A stretch of DNA of 64,000 bases from the NCBI GenBank assembly GCA_965207705.1, contig OZ242292.1, forward strand, positions 1,413,913 to 1,477,912, read 5' to 3'. Positions within the stretch are counted from its first letter, which is position 1. Each line of letters starts with the position of its first letter. The DNA comes from Gammaproteobacteria bacterium (GTDB lineage Bacteria > Pseudomonadota > Gammaproteobacteria > CBDBNL01 > JAAOII01). Of the stretch, positions 9,901-19,380 are shown in pieces. Made by a program: the position numbers and the translations under genes. The notes under the pieces are model-generated. The model did not search any database, was not told the DNA's origin, and saw nothing but the letters and a program-made list of their open reading frames with translations.

Positions 9901-10971
9901 ATGAATTATATCGGCAGTAAATTATCGTTACTTCAATTTTTGGAGGAATCTATTAACGAAGTTGTTGATGATAGCTGCAAAATATTTTGCGACCTATTCG
10001 CGGGTACTGGTATTGTAGGTAGCTACTTTAAGCAAAAGGGATATCAAGTAATAGCCAATGATATTCAATATTATAGTTATGCCTTAAACCGACACTATAT
10101 TGGCAATCATAAGGTATTACCATTTTCTAATCTTGTGAAAACGCTCCCCTCTCTGAGTGATGTGGGTATTGCTGATAGGAAAAATATTGTTTGTAATTAT
10201 TTATCTAACATAGTAGGAGAGAAAGGTTTTGTTTATAGTAACTTCTGTTGGGGGGGAACACGAGATAGCAGCACACCGCGCCAATATTTTTCTGATACCA
10301 ATGGATTAAAATGCGATGCAATTCGCCAGAAAATAGAAAGTTGGCAACAAGCTCGCCTTATTTCAGAAGATGAATATTTCTTTTTGATAGCAAGTTTACT
10401 TGAAGCAATTGATAAGCGCGCTAATACGGCATCAGTATATGGAGCTTTCTTGAAGCAAACTAAAAAATCTGCGCAAATTGACATGGTAATGAATCCCGCA
10501 AAATTGATTATAAATGATACCGGCCATCAAGTGTTCAATGAAGATGTTAATGAATTGGTGAAAAAAATTTCTGGGGACATTATGTATTTAGATCCTCCAT
10601 ATAATCATCGTCAATATGCGACCAACTACCATGTGCTGGAGACAGTTGCCCGATATGATAACCCGCAAGTTTTTGGTAAATCGGGTCTGCGTGAATATAG
10701 CAAACAGAAATCCTTATATTGTTCTAAGCCGCGAGTGGTGCAAAAATTTAAGGATTTGGTATTAAATGCTAAGACAAAATATATATTTCTCAGTTACAAT
10801 AACGAGGGTCTAATGTCTCTCTCAGACATCAAGGAAATAATGATGCTTAGAGGGAAGTATGGTTGTTTTACTAAACCTTACAATCGTTTTCGCGCAGATA
10901 AACCAGGGGCTAGGAATTATAAAGGAAAGGAAACAATAGAGTATTTGCACTATGTGAAATGTGCTGGCTGA
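9901..10971 (+). CDS. D12-class N6-adenine DNA methyltransferase (M.NlaIII/M.HpyI/FokI-like family)
   Basis: MNYIGSKL, CDLFAGTGIVG, ANTASVYGAFLK, YLDPPYNHRQY, LSYNNEG. Confidence 0.93.
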   Translation: MNYIGSKLSLLQFLEESINEVVDDSCKIFCDLFAGTGIVGSYFKQKGYQVIANDIQYYSYALNRHYIGNHKVLPFSNLVKTLPSLSDVGIADRKNIVCNYLSNIVGEKGFVYSNFCWGGTRDSSTPRQYFSDTNGLKCDAIRQKIESWQQARLISEDEYFFLIASLLEAIDKRANTASVYGAFLKQTKKSAQIDMVMNPAKLIINDTGHQVFNEDVNELVKKISGDIMYLDPPYNHRQYATNYHVLETVARYDNPQVFGKSGLREYSKQKSLYCSKPRVVQKFKDLVLNAKTKYIFLSYNNEGLMSLSDIKEIMMLRGKYGCFTKPYNRFRADKPGARNYKGKETIEYLHYVKCAG

Positions 10972-11043
10972 TTAGAGAGCGGCATAAAAACTTAACCTCC
11001 TTGCTTTTATATAATATATTTTCATTTATAATAGCGATTATCT

Positions 11044-11742
11044 ATGGTTAATAATAAATTTGATAATCTTAGCAAGCGTGGTAACAAAGCAACTTCTTAC
11101 TCTCACCATGATAGTAGCAGTAAACCCAATAACCAGAGTAAATCCCCCAATGATAAATACATAAGCGAGGAGGAAGCACGCTATTTCCAAAATAGTATTA
11201 AGGATTATTTGCCGACCAAAGCAGATGATATAAAGCACAACGTAACCCCCAACATAAATAATGGAGACGCTTATAATTCAGGAAGCAATATCCGTTTTAT
11301 CGCAGATACTAGTTCTCGTCTAGACGTCACAGGTAACCCAGATGAACTGGATGATTTCAAACGTCCTGGCTTACAGAACAGCAAGATGACAAAATTACGC
11401 GGCGGTAAAATTATTTACAGTGATACTTTAGACCTGCATGGCATGAATGTGGCAGAGGCGGCTGCGGCATTAATTGCCACTATGAATCTCTCTTTTAGTA
11501 ATGGTTATGAAAGTGTTAAGATTATTCATGGGAAAGGGTATAATAAAGAAAACAACATGGGAGTAGGAAACAGGGGCAAGAATTTACTGAACAAAGGAAT
11601 AATAAAAGGCAAGCTTAAACTTTATGTTATAGCTTGGCTTAAGGATAACCCCGCTATATTGGGGTTTTGTAGAGCCCTGCCCAATGATGGTGGCAGTGGA
11701 GCTATGTATATTTTATTGAAAAAATTAACCAAATTATATTAA
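11044..11742 (+). CDS. Smr-domain endonuclease (SmrA/SmrB-like)
   Basis: [27 protein letters not shown]. Confidence 0.9.
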   Translation: MVNNKFDNLSKRGNKATSYSHHDSSSKPNNQSKSPNDKYISEEEARYFQNSIKDYLPTKADDIKHNVTPNINNGDAYNSGSNIRFIADTSSRLDVTGNPDELDDFKRPGLQNSKMTKLRGGKIIYSDTLDLHGMNVAEAAAALIATMNLSFSNGYESVKIIHGKGYNKENNMGVGNRGKNLLNKGIIKGKLKLYVIAWLKDNPAILGFCRALPNDGGSGAMYILLKKLTKLY

Positions 11743-11746
11743 TACA

Positions 11747-12856
11747 ATGAAGGAAGAAAAACAAAAGGCGCTGCAAGCCGCTATGGCACAGATTGAAAAG
11801 CAATTCGGCAAAGGATCTGTTATGCGCATGGGAGATCAAGATGGGATAGCTGCCATAGAAGTAATATCCACAGGTTCCTTAGGACTAGATATTGCGCTGG
11901 GGATAGGAGGTTTACCGCGTGGCAGAGTAGTGGAGATATACGGACCTGAATCATCAGGTAAAACTACTTTAACCCTGCAAGCAATTGCTGAATGCCATAA
12001 ACAAGGCGGCGTTGCCGCATTTATTGACGCGGAGCATGCCTTAGACCTTGCTTATGCTGAGAAATTAGGAGTTAAAGTGGATGACCTCATAGTGTCTCAG
12101 CCGGATACTGGTGAGCAGGCGCTGGAAATTTGCGATATGCTAATTCGTTCTGGTGGCGCGGATATGATAGTAATTGATTCTGTGGCGGCTTTGACTCCCC
12201 GCGCTGAAATTGAAGGTGATATGGGCGACTCTCACATGGGGCTTCAAGCGCGTCTTATGAGTCAGGCATTGCGTAAGATTACTGGCAACATTAAGCGCTC
12301 CAATACTTTAGTGATTTTTATCAACCAAATAAGGATGAAGATAGGAGTGGTATTTGGCAATCCAGAAACAACGACTGGCGGCAATGCTTTGAAATTTTAT
12401 TCTTCAGTGCGCCTGGACATCAGACGAATTGGAGCGGTGAAAGAAGGCGATCAGATGACTGGTAATAGTACCCGAGTTAAGGTAGTTAAAAACAAACTTG
12501 CTCCGCCATTTCGTTCCACTGAATTTGAGATTATCTACAGTAAAGGAATTAATCATCTCGGTGAACTGGTTGAATTGGCATCCCAAAATGATTTAGTGGA
12601 AAAAGCAGGAGCTTGGTATAGTTATAAAGGGCAAAAGATAGGACAAGGCAAGGTAAATGCTTGTGAGTTTTTAAAACAAAATCCTAAAGATGCTGAAGAA
12701 ATTGAGGCGGCATTACGCGCCAAGCTGATGCCGAGCAAAGCCCGTCCAGGCAAGGCAGATGCGAATGATTCAAAGGATACAAATGAGGCAGCAGATATGG
12801 CAGATATTAAAGAATCGCCAACTGCTGCGTCTAATGCCGCAGCCGGCGCTGAATAG
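11747..12856 (+). CDS. recA: Recombinase RecA
   Basis: [42 protein letters not shown]. Confidence 0.99.
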   Translation: MKEEKQKALQAAMAQIEKQFGKGSVMRMGDQDGIAAIEVISTGSLGLDIALGIGGLPRGRVVEIYGPESSGKTTLTLQAIAECHKQGGVAAFIDAEHALDLAYAEKLGVKVDDLIVSQPDTGEQALEICDMLIRSGGADMIVIDSVAALTPRAEIEGDMGDSHMGLQARLMSQALRKITGNIKRSNTLVIFINQIRMKIGVVFGNPETTTGGNALKFYSSVRLDIRRIGAVKEGDQMTGNSTRVKVVKNKLAPPFRSTEFEIIYSKGINHLGELVELASQNDLVEKAGAWYSYKGQKIGQGKVNACEFLKQNPKDAEEIEAALRAKLMPSKARPGKADANDSKDTNEAADMADIKESPTAASNAAAGAE

Positions 12857-12877
12857 TAGTATTTTTATAAGGAAGAG

Positions 12878-13810
12878 GTGAGAACCTTTCCTTATCTTGC
12901 CATATTCTTAGGGGCTGTGTTAATTGGCATGTCTCCTGTTTATGTAAGATTAAGCGAATTAGGACCTGTGGCAACTGCTTTTTACAGAGTAGCTGTTTCT
13001 GTGCCATTCTTCCTATTAATGGAGTACTATGTATCGCTTAATTACTCTAAGACCTCTCGCGCCAATAAAGATAGTGGTAGTTCGGTTGCCGTTAATCCTG
13101 GCTCCAATTCTGCAGTTCTTACGTTAAATGATTGGTTGTGGTTAGCTGGCTTGGGTTTTACTTATTCGCTCAATCTTATAACCTGGCATTTGTCTTTGGA
13201 ATATATTTATATTGCTAAATCCACCCTACTGGCTAATCTTGGAGTTATTTTTGTTATACCCTTAGGATGGCTATTCTTTGGTAAAAAGATGAATTCTATT
13301 GCCTGGTTATATGCCTTAGGGGCTTTAGGCGGAGTATTTTTATTAGTGGGGGGCAAAGGAGGTGGAGGAGAGAATAATCTTGCTGGCATTGTGTTTGGTA
13401 TTTTAGCTGCGATTTTATACGCCTTATACATTTTAATAGCAAGTAAACTAAGAGAAAGGCTGAATACAACCAAGCAAATGTTATGGACGGGAATTTTCAC
13501 CTCCTTATTTGTTTTGCCATTTATATTTTTATTTGGTGAAACGATGCTGATTAGTACTGTTTATGGTCTGTTAATTTTGTTAGGGTTAGGCATAACTTCT
13601 CAAGTTATAGGGCAAGGGTTTATTGCCTATTCGTTGGCTTACATAGCGCCTAACGTAGCAACTTTAATCCTATTGTTGCAGCCGATAGTGGCAATTTTGA
13701 TGGGATGGCTTATTTTTTCTGAGTCCCTTACTTACGTTCAGCTATTAGGGGCTGTAATAATAATGCTATTCATTTATTTGACAAAAAGTTCTCAACGCGC
13801 TGCTTTATAA
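12878..13810 (+). CDS. EamA/DMT family transporter
   Basis: About 10 TM segments in two EamA repeats; AFYR, GQG, LLQP motifs; GTG start. Confidence 0.88.
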   Translation: MRTFPYLAIFLGAVLIGMSPVYVRLSELGPVATAFYRVAVSVPFFLLMEYYVSLNYSKTSRANKDSGSSVAVNPGSNSAVLTLNDWLWLAGLGFTYSLNLITWHLSLEYIYIAKSTLLANLGVIFVIPLGWLFFGKKMNSIAWLYALGALGGVFLLVGGKGGGGENNLAGIVFGILAAILYALYILIASKLRERLNTTKQMLWTGIFTSLFVLPFIFLFGETMLISTVYGLLILLGLGITSQVIGQGFIAYSLAYIAPNVATLILLLQPIVAILMGWLIFSESLTYVQLLGAVIIMLFIYLTKSSQRAAL

Positions 13811-13834
13811 CAGTCACGATAGCTTTGCATCGCT

Positions 13835-13878
13835 CTGTTGTTAATTACCCTGTTGTTAATTACCCTGTTGTTATTTAC
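13835..13878. repeat. 15-bp tandem repeat x3 (ctgttgttaattacc), intergenic
   Basis: Two exact copies and one near copy, read directly. Confidence 0.9.
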
Positions 13879-13902
13879 TGCGCTAATTTATGACACAAGC
13901 TT

Positions 13903-14439
13903 ATGACGCAAGATAATCAACAAAATAATCAACAGAAATCGCCTGCTGAAGTAATTAGTATCACTGGCTATGCTTTACGATTATTAGGTGGCAGAGAGTA
14001 TTCGCGCGCCGAACTTCGTCAGAAGATTATGGGGAGATTCTTCATGGCAAAAAGACCGCACCAATACTCTTATGGCGGACAAATAAATAGTTCTGAGGAT
14101 TCGCCTGCTAATCGCCAAATTGAGGGTATTCTTGATGATTTAGTGCGAGAGGGCTTGCAGGATGATGATAGATTTACCGCATCATACATAAAACAGTCAA
14201 TTCAAAGAGGATGGGGACCGATTAAAATTAATTATAAATTACGCAATAAAGGTATTAGTAAAGAGATGACGGATGCGCATTTTCCTCAAGATAAGGAGTT
14301 CTGGCAGGAGTGTGCCAGCAAAATTGCTGCGCGCAAGTATGAGTTACCTCTTACAGATATCAAACAAAAGGATAAGTGCTATAGGTTTCTGACAGGGCGC
14401 GGCTTTTCTTTTGAGCATATCAGAAATATTGTTAAATAA
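13903..14439 (+). CDS. recX: Regulatory protein RecX
   Basis: ALRLLGGREYSRAEL, DDDRF, GWGPIKI, LRNKGI, RFLTGRGFS; close to recA. Confidence 0.92.
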   Translation: MTQDNQQNNQQKSPAEVISITGYALRLLGGREYSRAELRQKIMGRFFMAKRPHQYSYGGQINSSEDSPANRQIEGILDDLVREGLQDDDRFTASYIKQSIQRGWGPIKINYKLRNKGISKEMTDAHFPQDKEFWQECASKIAARKYELPLTDIKQKDKCYRFLTGRGFSFEHIRNIVK

Positions 14440-14590
14440 TTTATTATGGTATAATTTTTGTATTAATACCATTGAAAGATAAAAAATAAACCCCATATTA
14501 TCATTCATAAACAATTTGTTTAATATTGCTTAATGAGTGGTAATAATAAGCGGATATATTTTAGTAATAATGAATGATGAATTATAAATT

Positions 14591-15124
14591 ATGGTAAGAG
14601 GAGTAAATAAAGTAATAATATTAGGTAATTTGGGTAATGATCCTGATACCCATCAAACACAAGGTGGTTTGCACGTTACAAAATGCAGCGTCGCCACCAC
14701 AAAGTCCTGGACCGATGATAAAGGACAACGACAAGAAAAGACCGAATGGCATCGTGTGGTTTTTTTCAATAGATTAGCTGAAGTTGCGTCCCAGTATCTG
14801 AAAAAAGGCATGCAGGTATATGTTGAAGGAGAGTTGAGAACCAATAGTTGGGAGAAAGACGGGGTAACTCGTTATACCACTGAAATTATAGCCAGAGAAA
14901 TGCAGATGCTGGGAGGGCGTCAAGGTTCCTCTAGCTCTTATGATAATGAGGGCTATGCTTCAGAAGGCAATGCTTCAGAAGGCAATGCGTCTTCTTCTTC
15001 CTCTTATCAATCCAAAGAGCAATCTAAACAAGGTGAATCTAAAGGAGGGGCTAAATCATCCGGAGACGCAAAAAGTGATGGAAAAGGCGAATATGATGAT
15101 CTTGACCAGGATATTCCTTTCTAG
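14591..15124 (+). CDS. ssb: Single-stranded DNA-binding protein
   Basis: [31 protein letters not shown]-terminal DIPF. Confidence 0.99.
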   Translation: MVRGVNKVIILGNLGNDPDTHQTQGGLHVTKCSVATTKSWTDDKGQRQEKTEWHRVVFFNRLAEVASQYLKKGMQVYVEGELRTNSWEKDGVTRYTTEIIAREMQMLGGRQGSSSSYDNEGYASEGNASEGNASSSSSYQSKEQSKQGESKGGAKSSGDAKSDGKGEYDDLDQDIPF

Positions 15125-15275
15125 ATTTATAAAGTTTTAATTGAATTTATAAAAAAAAATAAAAATTATCCGTTTTTGCTGTTATATTTGTTATATTAAC
15201 AACTATCTGCTATTGACTGGTTTATTCATTTACTAGTGAATTAACATGTAATAGCCACTGACCGAAGATAATACA

Positions 15276-15836
15276 ATGGAAAAGAGACACTACGAAATAT
15301 TATTTATTTGTCGCCATATCCAAGATGATAAGGCGAACGAGTTTAGCGAGAAATACCTCTCCTTAGTTAAAAAGGAAGGGGATGTTATCCGTTTTGAAAA
15401 CTGGGGAGTACGCCCATTAGCTTATACTATCGATGGTTTTAGGCGCGGTTTATACGTATTGATTAATATACACTGCCCGCCTTCTGTCATTGCTGAGATG
15501 GAGAAGCTTTTTAAATTTGACGATATGATTTTACGTTATATGGTTATTAGATGTAAAGATTCGTCTACTGAGGAGTCCCCGATAATGAAAATCAAACAAT
15601 CAGAATTATCATCAAAGTCCAGCATGGACTCTGCTAACGAAGAAGATGCTGCCCCAGCAGTTAAAACAGAAACATCTGATGAAACTTCTAAAGTTGTTGC
15701 ATCTACTGATGCTTCCTCCTCTGATGTTGAAGACGTCCCAGAGGGTAAAGGGATGGACGCAGCAGCTACAGATGACACAAATGATGCTACAGAATCAGAA
15801 GCTACAGATGACACAAAAGATACAGAGGATAAGTAA
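15276..15836 (+). CDS. rpsF: 30S ribosomal protein bS6 with long acidic C-terminal tail
   Basis: [25 protein letters not shown]; upstream of rpsR. Confidence 0.95.
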   Translation: MEKRHYEILFICRHIQDDKANEFSEKYLSLVKKEGDVIRFENWGVRPLAYTIDGFRRGLYVLINIHCPPSVIAEMEKLFKFDDMILRYMVIRCKDSSTEESPIMKIKQSELSSKSSMDSANEEDAAPAVKTETSDETSKVVASTDASSSDVEDVPEGKGMDAAATDDTNDATESEATDDTKDTEDK

Positions 15837-16090
15837 TGGATAAGAAAGCTAAGGGAAAAAGAACACGCTCTTTTACAAGTAAAAAACGTTGTTACTTTAC
15901 AGATAATAAAATCACTACTATAGATTACAAGGACATTAATCTATTGAAAGAATATATTGATCCAGGCGGTAAGATTATCCCTTCATACTATACTGGCACT
16001 CGCAACTATTTTCAACGCAAGCTAACTTTGGCAATTAAGCGCGCCAGATACATGTCTTTGCTGCCGTACACGGATAACCATAAGCAATAG
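15836..16090 (+). CDS. rpsR: 30S ribosomal protein bS18
   Basis: [34 protein letters not shown]. Confidence 0.97.
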   Translation: MDKKAKGKRTRSFTSKKRCYFTDNKITTIDYKDINLLKEYIDPGGKIIPSYYTGTRNYFQRKLTLAIKRARYMSLLPYTDNHKQ

Positions 16091-16136
16091 ATTTATCAGG
16101 TTAGTGATAAGTATCGTATTAACAAATTAATTAATC

Positions 16137-16592
16137 ATGGAAGTAATTTTATTAGATAAGATAGATAAACTGGGAACACTTGGCGAAGTATGTAAAGTCA
16201 AGCCAGGATATGCTCGTAATTTCCTTTTTCCACAAAAGAAAGCGTTACCCGCTACAGAGGAGAGCAAGAAACAGTATGAGAGTATACGTGAAAACTTGGA
16301 GCAGCAATTAAAGGATAAGTTAGATTTTTCAAGCGCCCAGGCGGAGAAAACTCGCGATTTACAGCTAAGTTTTAGTCGCAGAGCCAGTGAAGAAGGGAAG
16401 CTTTATGGTTCTATAACCATAAATGATGTTCTTAACGAATTAACTGCCAAAGAAGTGCAAGTTGAAAAAAAACAGATTAATATGCCTGATGGCGCAATTA
16501 GACATACTGGGGAGTTTGTGGCGGAACTAAGATTTGATGCTGATAATGTGGTGGAATTGCCTATTGAAGTCATTCCATTGGTTCAGGAATAA
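16137..16592 (+). CDS. rplI: 50S ribosomal protein bL9
   Basis: MEVILL, VKPGYARNFLFP, GKLYGSI. Confidence 0.98.
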   Translation: MEVILLDKIDKLGTLGEVCKVKPGYARNFLFPQKKALPATEESKKQYESIRENLEQQLKDKLDFSSAQAEKTRDLQLSFSRRASEEGKLYGSITINDVLNELTAKEVQVEKKQINMPDGAIRHTGEFVAELRFDADNVVELPIEVIPLVQE

Positions 16593-16619
16593 TTAGAAAT
16601 TAATAGTAGGTAAAAGATT

Positions 16620-16886
16620 ATGGCTAATACAGCTTCTGCAAGAAAAAGAGTACGTCAGACAATGAAAGCGACGCAATTGAATGCATCGCAAAAATCAAGG
16701 GTTAGGACTTCTGTTAAACAGGTAGTCAAGCTAAGTAAAGAAGGGAAAAAAGAAGATGCACAAGCAGCATATAAGCAAGCGCAATCTTTACTTGACAAAT
16801 CCACTCACCGCAATTTGTTTCATAAAAACCAAGTTGCGCGCATTAAGACCCATCTGGTCAAACGGCTTAAATCTATCACCCAGTGA
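16620..16886 (+). CDS. rpsT: 30S ribosomal protein bS20
   Basis: MANTASARKRVRQ, HKNQVAR. Confidence 0.97.
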   Translation: MANTASARKRVRQTMKATQLNASQKSRVRTSVKQVVKLSKEGKKEDAQAAYKQAQSLLDKSTHRNLFHKNQVARIKTHLVKRLKSITQ

Positions 16887-16986
16887 TTGCATTGCTTGGC
16901 AATGCATAGCATCTCTCTTCATATCTTCCTTATAGAAGAGATGTACCTTATAAAATTGAATAACGGCATCAACTTTTTAAATTTAT

Positions 16987-17694
16987 ATGAATAAAGTTTT
17001 AGTTGATAGTTTCTATTTTTTCCGCAACAACTATCTTCTTTTTAGTAGATACATTGCTTCTTATGTGGTTTGCTGGTATCTATTAGAACTTTCACTTAAT
17101 CAGTTTGTTTTGGCGGGTATAGCAGATAACAATAAATTTTCAATTATGTTGTTAGTAAGCTTTATTGCTGGCGCAGTTTTTCAATGTGGTTTCATAGTCC
17201 TGGCATCTGAGATTAATAAAGACAACCCAGGAAATCAAGATAATCAAGGTAATACAAATAATGCAAATAATAATGTATCTTGGTACCAGGCGTTAGTCAA
17301 AGGAACAAAATACCTACCTTTTTATTTATTGGCAAGTATTCTAATGAACATAGCAGTTTCTATAGGACTTGTGCTTCTTATAATTCCAGGGATTTATTTA
17401 TACCTACGCCTTGCCTTATTTGATTTTTTTATTATTCTTGATGGCAGCGACCCTTTCACTGCTTTACAAAAAAGCTGGGCAACAACCGCATCCGATGTTT
17501 TTCTTATATTCAAATCGGTATTTTCAGTGGGCTTATTAATAGCTGTTTTCTTTGTAGTGGGCAGTTTATTGAAAAACAGCTATTCATTTCCTGGTATTGA
17601 TTTAGTGTTGAATTTAATAGTTTGGGGTTTGGGTTCTTTCTTGATATTAATCCGTTACCGCATCTATATTCTATTGTCTAATGTCAATATTTAG
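16987..17694 (+). CDS. Integral membrane protein (YciC/UPF0259-like)
   Basis: About 6 TM segments; GLVLLIIPGIYL and ALQKSW motifs typical of the family. Confidence 0.6.
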   Translation: MNKVLVDSFYFFRNNYLLFSRYIASYVVCWYLLELSLNQFVLAGIADNNKFSIMLLVSFIAGAVFQCGFIVLASEINKDNPGNQDNQGNTNNANNNVSWYQALVKGTKYLPFYLLASILMNIAVSIGLVLLIIPGIYLYLRLALFDFFIILDGSDPFTALQKSWATTASDVFLIFKSVFSVGLLIAVFFVVGSLLKNSYSFPGIDLVLNLIVWGLGSFLILIRYRIYILLSNVNI

Positions 17695-18631
17695 CAGAAT
17701 AGGTAAAGGTAAAGATAAATCTCAATCCGAATCTGAATCTGAATCTAAGGGACTGGGGGGAATTAATAAAGGTTTTGTTAATAAACTTAAAAAATTTGCT
17801 GGAGTTACTGAACAGTCCTTTCGCGAACTAGCGCAAGAAATGGAAGAGGAACTTCTATTAGCGGATTTTGGTATTCTGATGACTCGTAAGATCATGAGTC
17901 AATGGCGCTCTAATGCATCACATATTAAGGATAAGGAAGCGGCAATGACTGAGTTAGCAAAGATCCTTGAGAATACCCTTAAATCAGTGGAGCAGCCGCT
18001 GCTAATAAATACTGAAAATAAACCATATTGTCTGCTCATAATGGGAGTTAATGGCTCTGGTAAAACAACTACTTTGGCAAAAATAGCTGCCTACTACCAA
18101 AAGAAGGGTTTTTCGTTGCAGTTGGCGGCAGGTGACACCTATAGAGCAGCTGCTACTGAACAGCTACAAGTATGGGGAGAACGCCTAAACATTCCAGTCA
18201 CTTGCGGGGATATGGGGCTGGATAGCACAGCAGTAATTTATCGTGGACTCCAGCAAGCCATAGAAACAGGCAAGGATATATATTTAGCAGATACTGCGGG
18301 AAGGATGCCGAATAATGAAGAATTAAAACAACAGCTGCGCAAAACAGTGAAGGCGGTTGCAAAACTAAAGGAGGGTGCCCCCGATGAAATTCTTTTAACT
18401 CTTGATGGCAGTCACGGACAAAGCGCCCTTATGCAGGCAAGATTATTTTGTGAGGCAGTGGATGTAAGCGCTATTTGCGTTACCAAACTTGATGGAGGGG
18501 CTAGTGGAGGAGTTATTTTTGCTTTAGCGGAGGAGTTAAAACTCCCTATAAGATTTATAGGGGTGGGAGAAGATGCAGAAGATATCTTAGATTTTAACGC
18601 TGCAGATTATGTGCGTGAGCTATTGTCTTAA
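17681..18631 (+). CDS. ftsY: Signal recognition particle receptor FtsY (NG domain only)
   Basis: GVNGSGKTTT, DTYRAAA, DTAGR, TKLDG, IGVGE. Confidence 0.95.
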   Translation: MSIFSRIGKGKDKSQSESESESKGLGGINKGFVNKLKKFAGVTEQSFRELAQEMEEELLLADFGILMTRKIMSQWRSNASHIKDKEAAMTELAKILENTLKSVEQPLLINTENKPYCLLIMGVNGSGKTTTLAKIAAYYQKKGFSLQLAAGDTYRAAATEQLQVWGERLNIPVTCGDMGLDSTAVIYRGLQQAIETGKDIYLADTAGRMPNNEELKQQLRKTVKAVAKLKEGAPDEILLTLDGSHGQSALMQARLFCEAVDVSAICVTKLDGGASGGVIFALAEELKLPIRFIGVGEDAEDILDFNAADYVRELLS

Positions 18632-19281
18632 CGCTCTAAATCCGTAACTCGTGAATTAATATTAGCCAGTCCTGCCTCTAAATCTTCCAGTGTAGTTGCC
18701 TGATTCCTATATATATTATCCAGATTGTTAACACTTTTACGCAAACTCTCAATATTCTCTGATGCTATACTGTTGAATTCGTTCTGACGAGCAGTTTGTG
18801 CCTGTGATTTAGTATCAATCTCTTCAAGTTTATTGGCTATTTGCTGTAGTTGACTATTTATTCCTTGAAACTGGTCGTTTATTTTCTTAAATTGGGCATT
18901 ATCTCTCGAGTTAGCTCCATTAAGAAACCCAATTTGACTTTTTAACTTCTCTATGTCCCCTGATATTGCATTCACGGCTATTATTAAGTCCTCTATTTCT
19001 GGGATAATTAATTGCAACGTGTCCGCAGATTTTGAGGGTTGCGGTTTTCTTGCAACGGATGAACTCCCGTTCTGCTCAGCAGCTATATCTCCTTGAGGGA
19101 TTACGTTAGTTAATTCAGGAATAATAGAATAGCGATTAACATACACATAAATTATCGCCACAACCAAAGCAACAAACAGGATAGCCCAAATAAAACTTCT
19201 TTTATTTTCACCTGAATGGCGGCTCTGCCTTCTGTGCCTCCCAATATCTTCGTCTTGGACTCTCATCTTAGCTTGTACCAT
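18628..19281 (-). CDS. Hypothetical single-TM protein with C-terminal coiled coil
   Basis: 217-aa ORF with a basic N-terminus, one hydrophobic segment and a heptad-rich C-terminal half; no family recognised. Confidence 0.7.
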   Translation of the reverse strand: MVQAKMRVQDEDIGRHRRQSRHSGENKRSFIWAILFVALVVAIIYVYVNRYSIIPELTNVIPQGDIAAEQNGSSSVARKPQPSKSADTLQLIIPEIEDLIIAVNAISGDIEKLKSQIGFLNGANSRDNAQFKKINDQFQGINSQLQQIANKLEEIDTKSQAQTARQNEFNSIASENIESLRKSVNNLDNIYRNQATTLEDLEAGLANINSRVTDLER

Positions 19282-19380
19282 ATTTCACATCCACGTTTTT
19301 CATCCGTATAGTATTCATTTATTACCATACATATTAATTATACTCAAAAATCAGCAAAAATTATAGTAATATAGGTAAGT

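Noticed and set aside
7692-11038. 8-bp direct repeat atagcgat (7692-7699 and 11031-11038) flanking the methyltransferase cassette as a target-site duplication
   Set aside because: An 8-mer match between two AT-rich spacers is likely by chance, and there is no integrase, transposase or tRNA nearby.
11044-11742. Smr gene as a fourth member of the nuclease cassette
   Set aside because: It is separated by a spacer with its own TATAAT, sits 4 nt from recA, and stand-alone Smr proteins are ordinary housekeeping genes in Gammaproteobacteria.
16888-16945. Hairpins after rpsT as an ncRNA or terminator
   Set aside because: There is an 8-bp stem with a 3-nt loop and a weak second stem, but no U-tract and no recognisable RNA family.
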